Below are positions 34,691-44,652 of a DNA stretch of 62,974 nucleotides, in pieces. Both the position numbers and the translations under genes were made by a program. The notes below the pieces were generated by a model. That model had not been told where the DNA came from, did no database searches, and was given only the letters and a program-made list of their open reading frames with translations. The DNA is taken from the NCBI GenBank assembly GCA_001781125.1, contig MFKT01000007.1:1-62974 (forward strand), read 5' to 3'. Each line of letters opens with the position of its first letter. The stretch's first letter is position 1. This stretch comes from Candidatus Kaiserbacteria bacterium RIFCSPHIGHO2_01_FULL_53_29. GTDB taxonomy: Bacteria; Patescibacteriota; Minisyncoccia; Phycocordibacterales; UBA2100.

Positions 34691-37600
34691 TCAAATCCCT
34701 TGTGTTCTCGGTAATAACTCCGCAGCAACCCAAGCGGAGATGTAGAGTTGCAGGGCCTGTGCCGGACTCCTCGCCTCCATCGAGGCTGCGCGATCATACA
34801 TATTTTGAATCTGCGTTATGGTCCTGTCCAAGATCCTCTGCTCGAGAGCGTTTTTTGCCCGGCTGTTTTTCGCTTCATTCAATGAGAGTTGCGCGAGCAA
34901 TGCGCTTGATTGAACGATCTCCGATTGCACATCGCGGTAGAGCGCTTCGGTCGCTCCAAGCACGCTGCTTCTCCTTTGCCCTTGTCCTAGCTTATTCACA
35001 ATGTCGCCAAGCGCTTTGATAATTCTGACTTCGTTGATCAGCACCAATTGTCCGCTCGGCCACGAGAGCCGATTGCGATCGAGCCACGCTGTGTCGGCAA
35101 TGACCTTTTCAAGATCCCCTTCTACCGCATCCGTTGCCGTATCAATGTCCTGATTTCCGGTAGTTATACTCTTGAGCTTCGCCAATGCCTCGTCGAGAAG
35201 TCCCTTCACGCTGGTATCGACAATCGCTGTCTCCTGTGTCAGAAGTCCGAGCTGCACATTACCAATTTTGATTGCCGACTTCGCGTCGGTGAACGGATCG
35301 AGCCGAAATCCTATCGTGTGCTCTCCTGGAGTCAGATCTCCTACGGAAATTTCGCTTGCAGTATGAACTCCTGGATCAGTTATTCGCTCATCGATTTTAT
35401 ACGCAACCCTGTCATCAACAAATACGGTCATCATTTCTTCCGATCCCGGAACGGTGAGAAACTCGTAGTCAAAGTGCAGCACGTTTGTCGTATCTGCGGT
35501 GGAAGCGGAGAATTCAAACCACACAGGAGAACCGGGTGTTGCTTGTGCTGTGTGGGAATCTAAAAAGGTTACGGTGCCCGTTTCGCTTTGTCTGGAAATA
35601 TTGCCTTGGATGTTGAAGGCAGGCAGGTAATTGACGGAACTCCCAGTGCGGGTATTCGATGTAAGACATGGGACTTCTATGTCTTTTCTGAACGTACACA
35701 CGTTGAGTGGCTCGATGTTGGGGAACTCAAGCGGTAGACGGTCCTTGCCACCTTCGAGCGACAAGTGGTGGCCATATACTGCCAAAGGCTCGTCTGAACT
35801 CGGGTCTGACGGCCATAAAACACTGGCTTGATACCATATATGCGGCCATGCGTGGACTCGATTTAAATATGGCGTATACCGCACGACGATTTTTCCCAGC
35901 TCAACAATTTGTCGCAGGCCTGTAAAGTTATTCTCCGCGTCCCGAATTTCGTTTCCAATATCAATCTCATTTTGCGGGATTTGAAATCCGTCTCGTTCAG
36001 TTACATCAAAGTTGTATACGTGGGGCAAAAGTACATTTGTGGGTGCAAGGATGGGTCTTCCTCTTGCATCAACATACTGCTCGGCCCACCAATCTGAACG
36101 ATTCGGTATTGGAAGTCCATTTCTCGTGGGCTCTAAGCCGTATCGCAAAGAGATACCATCGGGATAATATGCGTCAAGGAAAGTCAGATGAATCTTCGTT
36201 GCTGGCGTGTTGATTCTAACCATTTCCGCAGCGGATTGGATGACATTTGATCCAGCACTATGACCTATGAAATGAATCGATTCGTACTTGTTTAGTGCCA
36301 ACTTACCGCCCACGACAGTTCCGTGGAGTCCTGCAGTCGCATATGCATCCCAGGGCGGTACAAAAAGCGGTGTCCCGATAAATACAAGATCTTTCAAGCT
36401 TACCCGAGCCGCGTCTCTGCTCCAATCGAATGTACAAACACTCCATTCGCCGGGATTTGGGACGTGCGCATTGATGTAGTTCTGCATCGAAAGCGCCATA
36501 TCCTTGACCCACCCATCCACGTTGTCGTCCCAGCCATGGGTTATAAATACCAAGTGCTTTGCCGGAGAGCATATCACCCCCGGTATTATGTTTTGCTGAG
36601 GTGCCAGATCTACAATCGACGATGCAATCGTGAAGTCCACATTTCCTGATTCGCCGAATTCCGACCAATCCGACGTTGCATTGGACGCATCGATGGCTCG
36701 TGCTCGCCAGTGATAGCTCCCAGGCGTTAGGCCTGCACGGATAATCGTCGCCACTGATTCTGCTTCTACTGAACCCGACGTGAGTATTCCGCCGTCCATC
36801 TCGCCAGTAAACGGTTGGTCAAATTCTCGAAGTTCCACTTGGAATTGCAATTGTCCTTCGTCAAAGTCGTCGAGGATAGCACTGAATGTAATCGTAGTGT
36901 CATTAATATAATGGTCTTCCGGGATACCGTCCTGCCAGGTGGCCGAAGACTGATTGAGTGCAAAAATCGTCGGCAGATGGTCCTCTAATTCTCCGGTCGG
37001 GACAATGCTGAACGACTCATCGCTCTCATCAAATTTCCCAGACAGGCCGCCACCATCGAGGTAGACTACTATCCTATAAACACTATCTCCTCCCAGCTGT
37101 CCGTCCGACAGAAAGCCGAGCGATTGAGGAACAGTAAATACATAGCTGCCGGTGTTGGTAGTATTTGCTATCGATCCCTCGCCAGACCCGAGGTTGGGAT
37201 CGAATCGTGAATCTCTTAAACCGATTTGCACCCCTGTATTCGCGGGAAAATCTGCACCATCCCAGCGAATTTCATAGGTTTTTCCGATTTCCCATACCTC
37301 GCCTCCGTTTGGCGAAAGAACAGTAATGTGTTCTCCGGACGGCGTCGTCGTTGAGGCGTAGAGCGGATTGTCCGTGACGTAAATGTCAGTTCTGGAATTA
37401 TGTTGAGGTGAAGCATCCCATGGTCCAAACGCGACGATTCTTCCGTCTCCGCTCATCGATCCGCCGCCATGACCGGAAAGGCCCGGTGCATTTTGCACAC
37501 GCGCTGTCACACCAGTTATGAGGTCACGCACATATAAATCAGCTCTATCGACAGAAGTATCATCAGGCGTTAAGTTCGAGTCACCGGACCAAAAAAGGAT

Positions 37601-38665
37601 AAATCTTCCATCGTCGCTCATTGAGAATAAAGTTCCACCTGTGGATGATTGTGTGCCGTTCGAAGATACGCTGGCTATCGTTGTGGTTCCCAGCAGTCGA
37701 TCACGAACCAAAACCTGAAAATTGTTTGACGGTTGAGAATCCGTAAAAATGGACGGGAGGGTAGTCATAAAAGCAACATACCGACCGTCAGCACTGATGA
37801 TAGGAAAACCGGTAGAACCCCTATCTTGCGATACAACGAGGGGGACGGTTATCAGCTCAGTCGTCTGCGTGACCCGATCGCGCACATAAATATGGCTCCT
37901 TGCATTATCGGTATGCCAATTCGTAGAACCCGAAACGAACGCGACATACCGCCCATCTGCAGAGATTGAAGGAGTATCGGAGTCCCCATTACCTTGTTCA
38001 CCATTGGGGCCGATACTCACGCGCTCGGTCGTTCCTGTCTGTAGATTGCGAACAAAGACGTCGCTACTAAAACCCGGCGACCCGTTCGTGTCATCGGGCA
38101 CAAGATTCGTTGCGGAAGACGAAAACGCAACAAATCGCCCATCTGCACTTAATGACGGCTGGGACGCACTCCAGTTTGCCTCTGTACCATCCAAAGCCAC
38201 GCTGATTCTCGCCGTCTCTTCGGTTTGCCTGTCGCGGACAAAGATATCGTGAGGAAGGCCTGTATTATCAGTTGGTGCCGATAAGATGCCTTCAAATGCC
38301 ACAAAGCGTCCGTCGTCGCTTATCACTCTGGGACTAGGAGTACCGAAACCGTAGCCTGTACTTCCATTACTCTGCTCGCCATTTGACGAGACATTCACGC
38401 GACTAAAGATTTTACTCGTGCGATCATAGAAAAATAAATCAAATAGATTGTTGGTATCATCGGGAACGAAATTTGATGAGAACGAACTAAATGCTACAAA
38501 TCCTCCATCCCTGTTGAGAATAGGGCCCCAAGAAACCCCGTTACCCTGCGTTGTGAACGATGCGGGGGTCGCTTGCGCCCATACAATCTGCGTCTTGGTA
38601 ACAAAAACACTCACGAAAATTAGAAGGGGGAGAAGTCCATATATACCGTAATTCAATCTCCTCAT
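34691..38665 (-). CDS. 1324-aa secreted multidomain protein: beta-propeller repeats + Ig-like domains + lipase-like alpha/beta-hydrolase + C-terminal beta-sandwich and helical tail
   Basis: Signal peptide. About 7 repeats of S.DGR[FY]VAF....N[LF][VT]PDDTN....D[IV]FVRD (aa ~40-435). ITVLSPNGGEVWEIGKTYEIRWDG Ig-like domain. HLVFITHGW ... HFIGHSAGSNV (GxSxG at aa 801-805). Confidence 0.85.
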   Translation of the reverse strand: MRRLNYGIYGLLPLLIFVSVFVTKTQIVWAQATPASFTTQGNGVSWGPILNRDGGFVAFSSFSSNFVPDDTNNLFDLFFYDRTSKIFSRVNVSSNGEQSNGSTGYGFGTPSPRVISDDGRFVAFEGILSAPTDNTGLPHDIFVRDRQTEETARISVALDGTEANWSASQPSLSADGRFVAFSSSATNLVPDDTNGSPGFSSDVFVRNLQTGTTERVSIGPNGEQGNGDSDTPSISADGRYVAFVSGSTNWHTDNARSHIYVRDRVTQTTELITVPLVVSQDRGSTGFPIISADGRYVAFMTTLPSIFTDSQPSNNFQVLVRDRLLGTTTIASVSSNGTQSSTGGTLFSMSDDGRFILFWSGDSNLTPDDTSVDRADLYVRDLITGVTARVQNAPGLSGHGGGSMSGDGRIVAFGPWDASPQHNSRTDIYVTDNPLYASTTTPSGEHITVLSPNGGEVWEIGKTYEIRWDGADFPANTGVQIGLRDSRFDPNLGSGEGSIANTTNTGSYVFTVPQSLGFLSDGQLGGDSVYRIVVYLDGGGLSGKFDESDESFSIVPTGELEDHLPTIFALNQSSATWQDGIPEDHYINDTTITFSAILDDFDEGQLQFQVELREFDQPFTGEMDGGILTSGSVEAESVATIIRAGLTPGSYHWRARAIDASNATSDWSEFGESGNVDFTIASSIVDLAPQQNIIPGVICSPAKHLVFITHGWDDNVDGWVKDMALSMQNYINAHVPNPGEWSVCTFDWSRDAARVSLKDLVFIGTPLFVPPWDAYATAGLHGTVVGGKLALNKYESIHFIGHSAGSNVIQSAAEMVRINTPATKIHLTFLDAYYPDGISLRYGLEPTRNGLPIPNRSDWWAEQYVDARGRPILAPTNVLLPHVYNFDVTERDGFQIPQNEIDIGNEIRDAENNFTGLRQIVELGKIVVRYTPYLNRVHAWPHIWYQASVLWPSDPSSDEPLAVYGHHLSLEGGKDRLPLEFPNIEPLNVCTFRKDIEVPCLTSNTRTGSSVNYLPAFNIQGNISRQSETGTVTFLDSHTAQATPGSPVWFEFSASTADTTNVLHFDYEFLTVPGSEEMMTVFVDDRVAYKIDERITDPGVHTASEISVGDLTPGEHTIGFRLDPFTDAKSAIKIGNVQLGLLTQETAIVDTSVKGLLDEALAKLKSITTGNQDIDTATDAVEGDLEKVIADTAWLDRNRLSWPSGQLVLINEVRIIKALGDIVNKLGQGQRRSSVLGATEALYRDVQSEIVQSSALLAQLSLNEAKNSRAKNALEQRILDRTITQIQNMYDRAASMEARSPAQALQLYISAWVAAELLPRTQGI

Positions 38666-38996
38666 GCCACCACTGTATAACTAAAAACCCCAGCGCAACA
38701 GAGCACCGCTCGATTACGATCTTGAGTGGTTCCTCAGGGGCATTTTCAGAGATATGGGGCCATACTCGTCTCCCCTTTCTTTGAGACATCCCTTCCGGGC
38801 AAGAATCCGTAATCTATCCCGGTCTTTAACGTCGGAGGAAGCTTTATGTGGAACTGAAATGGTATGCCCGTGCAATTCTCATGTCGAGCCATGCCCGCTC
38901 TGTGCCTATCGAAAGTCCCATTACTGGGCACTATACCAGCATTAGCGAAAATATGGAGAATGTGCTCACGGTTTTCCGACCCTTATTCTGTTGGCA

Positions 38997-39347
38997 TTAC
39001 TCTGTCATTGAGGATATCGCACCGGTCGCCTTATCGACCTCATACCAATCGAATGTTGCCGTGTGACTGTTTGCGCCCTCCGTTACGATCTCAAACACCT
39101 GGACGGCCCATGTGTCACCCTGATCTTCAACATTGAATTGTGCGACCTTACCTGCCGCTCTTAGCGTGCGTATAAACTCCTGCACTTCCGGCAGCGCAAC
39201 CACGCGATCGAGTATCTCTTGCGTTTCGGAGTCCGATGCAAGCATCGATTGCTGCGGTTCAAAGACGCCAAATGCCCAAGCGAGCGACGCAATGGCCACG
39301 AGCGCAGCAAGAATGACCAGCAGTTTTTTGAGCGAAATGTGAGTCAT
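38997..39347 (-). CDS. Small secreted/anchored protein (PepSY-like pattern)
   Basis: ATG 39347 forms an ATGA overlap with the upstream stop. Signal anchor LKKLLVILAALVAIASLAWA, and DTWAVQVFEIV...YEVDKATGAI. Confidence 0.45.
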   Translation of the reverse strand: MTHISLKKLLVILAALVAIASLAWAFGVFEPQQSMLASDSETQEILDRVVALPEVQEFIRTLRAAGKVAQFNVEDQGDTWAVQVFEIVTEGANSHTATFDWYEVDKATGAISSMTE

Positions 39348-39814
39348 GTGCTTCGTTCTTTCAATTGAAGTTGCTGCCACAACAGGAGTGCGACGACGGC
39401 GTTTGCGAGGAGGAGGAGCCCTGCGACGATGGGCGCCGCAACTGTAAGAGTGAGCGAGTATGTGGTAGGCATGAGATTAATCATAGCAGCAATAAAGACA
39501 ATCGCCGCCGCGGAGCTCGCGAGAGTGCCTGCTTTATTCGCAGCGGAGGATGGGAGGACGAAGAACACGGCCGAAAGTGTGACGAGTGCCGCGGCGGTCG
39601 TCGCGAGCAAATGTCCCGCTCGGACGAGCGCCCATCCAGTCTCGTTATTCAGGGGTAGCCACGGCAAAAGAAAGAGAATAAGAACTGCAAGATCAACGCT
39701 GAGAGCAGTGAGCCGCAGGCGCCGAATTTGTTCGCTCTTGTACGAAAAGTAGAATGTCTTCAGCGCCCAGAATGAGATGACGCCCCACACGATCCAAAAA
39801 AGAGCAGTTTCCAT
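39344..39814 (-). CDS. Hypothetical 4-5 TM membrane protein
   Basis: 156 aa, highly hydrophobic. Tightly packed in the operon: starts 3 nt after the upstream stop. Confidence 0.5.
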   Translation of the reverse strand: METALFWIVWGVISFWALKTFYFSYKSEQIRRLRLTALSVDLAVLILFLLPWLPLNNETGWALVRAGHLLATTAAALVTLSAVFFVLPSSAANKAGTLASSAAAIVFIAAMINLMPTTYSLTLTVAAPIVAGLLLLANAVVALLLWQQLQLKERST

Positions 39815-39817
39815 GCG

Positions 39818-40369
39818 CTACTCCTTCCCGACATCAAATGATGCAACGATAGAGGCGAGAATCTCTTCGTACTTCCCGCCCGTTTCATCCTCGGCGCGAA
39901 TCTGATACCGCATGCCGCCAGAGACAAATCCGATCTCTGTAAAAAGAATGGATTGCCCGCCATCGAAGCGCGTCCCGCTCGCCCAGTATAGGGGATCTTC
40001 ACCGGGTATGAGCTTGAAATCGGCGATATCGTAAGAGGGATCGCGTCTCAATGCCTCTCCAATCGCGCCAAATGCATCGGCGACACCTGCGTCGGAATCC
40101 GCTATGACGATGACCCGTGCCGAGCCAAGTTCGCTAGAGAGAGCGATGCCATTTTCCAATTCGGTTTTTATCCACCAGCCGGGATAGTCGATCGAATAGT
40201 TGCCGCTCTCGTAAGAAACGGAATCGTAGACCGGCTCGTATGGCTCTGCAGCTGATGGTGCGCTCTTCCCCGAAAACGCGAAAAGCGCGATAAGGACACA
40301 CGCAAGCAAAGTACCTCCCGCGATCGCGAGATATTTAGGTGTAAGATATTTTTGAACGTCGATTTCCAT
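39818..40369 (-). CDS. Membrane-anchored extracytoplasmic protein (PsbP/DUF1795-like pattern)
   Basis: 183 aa with an N-terminal anchor. YSIDYPGWWIKTE... mixed alpha/beta pattern. Starts 3 nt after the upstream stop. Confidence 0.45.
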   Translation of the reverse strand: MEIDVQKYLTPKYLAIAGGTLLACVLIALFAFSGKSAPSAAEPYEPVYDSVSYESGNYSIDYPGWWIKTELENGIALSSELGSARVIVIADSDAGVADAFGAIGEALRRDPSYDIADFKLIPGEDPLYWASGTRFDGGQSILFTEIGFVSGGMRYQIRAEDETGGKYEEILASIVASFDVGKE

Positions 40370-40372
40370 ATG

Positions 40373-42640
40373 TTATCGAGGGGGTTCCACCGGACAGCGA
40401 GGATCGCTGGCGGGAGCTCTCGCAAGATTTAGCCCTTCGTCGAGCGCCTCCCATGAGAGCCGCGCAAGCACAGCCGGAAGTTCCGATACCGCATTTGGAA
40501 AGCTGCACGGAGAGCCATCTCCAGTGCTGCTCAAGTCGAGGTCAAGCGGCGGCTCAGCGTCGTTCGGGAAAGAGAGCAATGGACACACAAATTCCACATT
40601 CTCGACCGTGTCGCTCGTGAGCTCGTATTCCGGTTCAACTTTCTCCCATTCCGCCTGCCAACTTGCTCCGCCCGCCTTGCACGAGAACGACTCCGTGCCC
40701 TCCCACATGCGCACGCGCACCGGTATCACAATACGGCCGATCATGCGGGTTTTTTTCGTGAAATCCTGGATGTCGCCGATGAGCGTTTGCGCCTTCTCGG
40801 CAGCTCCGCCGATGCTATCAGGCGTATAAGTGCCATACCGTGTCTCTGCGACAGGCTTTAATTTTCCTACGGCTTTATTTGCAAGGTACTTGGTAGCCTC
40901 TTCGACGGCGCCGAAAAGGGCCTTCCCCGCGCTTTTAAGGTCGAGAACTTTACTGATAGCTCCGACAACCGCAAATCCATTCCTGAAACCTCGGAGGTCC
41001 GCGTCGGGGATCGCGACAGCCGGATTCGCCTCTATAGTTGGCAGGCGATCTGCGACTTCGGCGTAGCTGCATGCATATGGTTCTTCGGCACGCACTTCCC
41101 CTGTTTTGCATTGGTCGACATAATCGCCCGCGCATAGCGGCGCCTGGATCGAGGAGGGTACGAGGCCCGCGACTTGTTTTTTGTGAAAATCGCTTACCTT
41201 TTCTCGAAGCTCCTGCTTCTGCGCCTCCTTTTCTGCTGCCGCTTTCTGAGCAAGCATTTCGGCGGCCGCTCTCCGAGCAGAATCTTCGGACGATTGCCGG
41301 CGTGCCTGTGCCTCTTCTTCAAGACTGCGCTGCTGCGACTCCAACCTGCAGCGTGAAGCTTTTGAAAGCGCGTCGGCGTGCGCCGCAATGGCTGCTTCCT
41401 TCTCTTGCTGCGCTTGCGCTACGCGTGTGGCGAGCTGGTCTCGCTCCGCCTTGGCGCGCGGCAGTCCTTCTTCGAGCATCGCGAGCGCTGCCTCGATCTT
41501 TTTCTGCTCTCGCAAGTTTTCTGCGACCGAGAGACCGGAGTCCTTTCTCGTCTGTATCAACGAGACTACTTGTGCAATCTCCTGCTTTGTGAGCGATATG
41601 TCGCTCTCAAGTCTTCGTACACGCAATCCTTGTTTCTGAAACCGATCATCGAGTCGATCAAGTTCACTGACCGTCGCCACGAGCGCGACATCGGCTTCTG
41701 TCGCGTTGATCTGCGCCGCTGCGGCTTCGGAAGCGGAGCACAAGGGTCCATGTGGCACTTCCGTGGGAGCTTGGACGCGAGTCGCAGGTGGAGGTTCAGA
41801 CATAGAATTCACAGTTTCCGGCGCGGCAATCGGTTTTTTACACATCTCCGGTTCAGAAGGGATAGGAGGCGCTGCGGCAGGTTGTGCCGGAGTCAGACAT
41901 GCGTTCCGTTCCTCATCACACTGGGCATAGCACGAGCTTTCCCCCTCGTCCGTACATGGTCCGATAAGGCCGCCATATTCGCACATCTGACCCGCGCTTG
42001 CGTTGCGTGCGCCTTCAAGGCTTCGCGCCGTGGCCGCACACTGACCATGGCAAGCAGCAATGTCCGCTTCAGCCGACCGTTTACATGCCTCGTATGGTAT
42101 GCGGCACTTGCTTTGGAGCTCTTCTTCGCAGGACAGATTTCCAAACGCGACGTTGCCGGTGCATGTGCGATTCCCCTTTGCATCTCGTTTATCTATGACT
42201 TTATATCTGCAATCAATATCTTTTTTGGTGCAGCTTTGAAATGCAGCGTCGTAGCTATCGCCATATGTCGCACGGCATTGCCCCTTGCATGCATTTTCGG
42301 CAGTGTAGATTTCCTGAAATGTTGGAAGGTCATTTTTTTTCGAACGAGGTTCCCCTTTGCACTTTGCACTACAGACATCATATGCTGCGTTACACTTTTG
42401 TCGTTGTTGCATAGAGGGCTCCGCCTCTCTGGCAGACGAGCCATCTCGTCCGCCGTCTGATTCGGTCATTGCACCATTCGACCGGCACGTACCATCGGCA
42501 TGCTTCTCACAATCCTCATATGTCGTGGAGCTTTGCGCGAAAGCGAGTGATGCCAATGCGGTCGCTACGAACACGCCAACTGCGATACACACGGTGCCTG
42601 CTGTCACAACGCTCGCAGGCACGTCGAGGAGCTTTTTCAT
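40373..42640 (-). CDS. Secreted Cys-rich / coiled-coil protein of unknown function
   Basis: Start set at ATG 42640 (MKKLLDVPA...), 7 nt after TACGAT; the track start 42673 is GTG. Signal peptide, a ~220-aa region with ~26 Cys, a Pro-rich linker, a ~180-aa coiled coil and a ~250-aa C-terminal domain. Confidence 0.7.
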   Translation of the reverse strand: MKKLLDVPASVVTAGTVCIAVGVFVATALASLAFAQSSTTYEDCEKHADGTCRSNGAMTESDGGRDGSSAREAEPSMQQRQKCNAAYDVCSAKCKGEPRSKKNDLPTFQEIYTAENACKGQCRATYGDSYDAAFQSCTKKDIDCRYKVIDKRDAKGNRTCTGNVAFGNLSCEEELQSKCRIPYEACKRSAEADIAACHGQCAATARSLEGARNASAGQMCEYGGLIGPCTDEGESSCYAQCDEERNACLTPAQPAAAPPIPSEPEMCKKPIAAPETVNSMSEPPPATRVQAPTEVPHGPLCSASEAAAAQINATEADVALVATVSELDRLDDRFQKQGLRVRRLESDISLTKQEIAQVVSLIQTRKDSGLSVAENLREQKKIEAALAMLEEGLPRAKAERDQLATRVAQAQQEKEAAIAAHADALSKASRCRLESQQRSLEEEAQARRQSSEDSARRAAAEMLAQKAAAEKEAQKQELREKVSDFHKKQVAGLVPSSIQAPLCAGDYVDQCKTGEVRAEEPYACSYAEVADRLPTIEANPAVAIPDADLRGFRNGFAVVGAISKVLDLKSAGKALFGAVEEATKYLANKAVGKLKPVAETRYGTYTPDSIGGAAEKAQTLIGDIQDFTKKTRMIGRIVIPVRVRMWEGTESFSCKAGGASWQAEWEKVEPEYELTSDTVENVEFVCPLLSFPNDAEPPLDLDLSSTGDGSPCSFPNAVSELPAVLARLSWEALDEGLNLARAPASDPRCPVEPPR

Positions 42641-42681
42641 CACAATCATCGTATCATTGACTTGTCTGACCACTGTCGATT

Positions 42682-43296
42682 ATGCACAGATTCGTTTCAA
42701 CATCGCTTCTTTCCCTTCTCGCGGTCAATATCGGCGTCATCGTGTTCGCCGTCAAGGACGAGTGGTCGCCGCCGACGATCCTTGCAACCTACTGGCTCCA
42801 GAGTGTCATCATCGGGATTTTTCAAGCGAAGAAGATGTCGGGCCTGCAGAAATTTCGTACCGACGGACTCAAGATAAACGAGCAGCCTGTCGCTCCGGTC
42901 GCTTCAACTCGAAGGAAAGTTGTCCGTTTTTTCCTTTTTCACTACGGCCTCTTTCATGTCGTCTACCTTTCTTTTCTCTTTACATATGCCGGTGCGCCCG
43001 ACTTTGTTGGGGTCCTTACTGCCGGAGCAGCTTTCTTCGCAAATCATCTTTTCTCATATTATGAGAATCACGAGCGCGATTTGAGACATGTGCCAAATAT
43101 CGGTGGCATGATGTTTTTCCCCTACATTCGCATCATCCCGATGCATCTTTTCGTCGTGCTTGGAGCGATCGTAATACCGACAACCGCCGGTCTCGTTTTC
43201 TTCCTGACACTGAAAACGCTCGCCGACGCCGCGATGCATATGATCGAGCATTACGGCGATACCAACACTTTACGGAGTAGCGGTCGTTTTTACTGA
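42682..43296 (+). CDS. Hypothetical membrane protein
   Basis: 204 aa with 5-6 hydrophobic helices (FFLFHYGLFHVVYLSFLF). Confidence 0.5.
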   Translation: MHRFVSTSLLSLLAVNIGVIVFAVKDEWSPPTILATYWLQSVIIGIFQAKKMSGLQKFRTDGLKINEQPVAPVASTRRKVVRFFLFHYGLFHVVYLSFLFTYAGAPDFVGVLTAGAAFFANHLFSYYENHERDLRHVPNIGGMMFFPYIRIIPMHLFVVLGAIVIPTTAGLVFFLTLKTLADAAMHMIEHYGDTNTLRSSGRFY

Positions 43297-43534
43297 CCGT
43301 CTCACGGTAACGTAGTTCGGCGCGGGGGGTCTAATCGTTAACTCAAAAGGGATGCGCTTCACGCTTTGGCTGTAGAGGGGGTGTCGAGCTGCACACTCGC
43401 CGTACCGATACTCAAAGACATACCGGAATACTAACGGAAATACGCGGGATGCGAAAGAGATTTGCTTGTCGATGGAGTGTTTCCGTGATACTTCTGCGTA
43501 TAGCCGCCCCGAAACAGCGCAGGAGTATCTCGTC

Positions 43535-43696
43535 ATGTATAACGCGGGCAATCAGCAGCCGTCGTCGTCAAAGTACGACGGCGAACCGCCGAAGCCGATG
43601 CCGCTCACCGCACGCGAACGGAGGGAAAGGTGGGCGATCATAGCGTTCGTCACCGCCTTTGTCATCGGCGTTTACGTTCTCGCGTTCGGCTGGTGA
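43535..43696 (+). CDS. Possible small tail-anchored protein
   Basis: 53 aa: MYNAGNQQ...RERRERWAIIAFVTAFVIGVYVLAFGW. AGGAG lies 9 nt upstream. Weak call. Confidence 0.25.
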   Translation: MYNAGNQQPSSSKYDGEPPKPMPLTARERRERWAIIAFVTAFVIGVYVLAFGW

Positions 43697-43753
43697 GCCG
43701 AACGCCCATATGCGCCGTCCCGTCTTCGCGGGACGGCGCACGATCTTTGTAGG

Positions 43754-44347
43754 CTACTCGGCGCGCGAGCCAAGCGACCGCACTTTTGCAAGCCAGCAGG
43801 CCTTGCGTCCTTCGGGGATGTTTTCTGACGGGCCGAACCAATTTGTGCGGACTTTAAATCCGGCGAACCACAAAATCCCCCATCGAAGTTGCGCGTTGAC
43901 GCTACCGGGCAAAAAACGTACGAGCCATGGATTGGTGCCGCTCGTCAGGATCGTGCGCGCGGTTTTGCCGCGGAGCATGCGGTGCCAGAATATGCTGCGT
44001 GTGCCGTCTTTTAATTTGATATAGCGGAAAGCGGAGCCTGGAAGCCACGCACGGTCAAAAAGACCCTTGAGAAGCGCGGGCATACTCACCCACCACACTG
44101 GATAGACGATAACAAAATGGTCCGAGGTTGTAACGAGCTGTTGGAATTTAACGAGGTCAGGTTCCAATTCCTGCCGCTCACGATAGCCTTTGTGTAAGAT
44201 GGGGTCGAATTGCATCTCGCCAAGATTCATCCGTTCTACTGTGTGGCCTGCTCCGCGCGCGGCACGCTCATACGTATCCGCGATCTCTCCACAAAAACCA
44301 CTTTTATCCGGATGTCCGAGAAGCAGCAGGATTTTCTTGGAGTGCAT
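43754..44347 (-). CDS. NAD(P)H dehydrogenase (quinone) / flavodoxin-like fold oxidoreductase
   Basis: KILLLLGHPDKSGFCGEIADTY ... DHFVIVYPVWWVSMPALLKGLFDR is the typical Flavodoxin_2 pattern. Confidence 0.8.
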   Translation of the reverse strand: MHSKKILLLLGHPDKSGFCGEIADTYERAARGAGHTVERMNLGEMQFDPILHKGYRERQELEPDLVKFQQLVTTSDHFVIVYPVWWVSMPALLKGLFDRAWLPGSAFRYIKLKDGTRSIFWHRMLRGKTARTILTSGTNPWLVRFLPGSVNAQLRWGILWFAGFKVRTNWFGPSENIPEGRKACWLAKVRSLGSRAE

Positions 44348-44359
44348 ATATTGTTATTG

Positions 44360-44635
44360 TTATAGATCGTCCGGGTGCTTTTCTTCGTTGTGCTTGGAGA
44401 GCTCCGCCGCTTTGCGTTCTCTCTCGAGATTCTGCACTTCTTCCTCGGGAGTCTCTTCCAATGCTTCGTTCTCTCTGAATTCGCGATCAGATATGGCCGT
44501 TTCCGACCGACCGAAAAGAATGGGATGGAGTAATTTTCTCATGAATAAGACGATCCATGCCTCCCGCCCATCGCGTTGCTTCGTCAGATCTTCGTCCGGA
44601 TACGGTACGACATCGTCGTGTTGAGGATTTGACAT
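44360..44635 (-). CDS. Hypothetical acidic protein
   Basis: 91 aa from ATG 44635; highly charged C-terminus; no motif. The longer track ORF overlaps the upstream gene. Confidence 0.3.
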   Translation of the reverse strand: MSNPQHDDVVPYPDEDLTKQRDGREAWIVLFMRKLLHPILFGRSETAISDREFRENEALEETPEEEVQNLERERKAAELSKHNEEKHPDDL

Positions 44636-44652
44636 TCTCCCATGATGCCACG

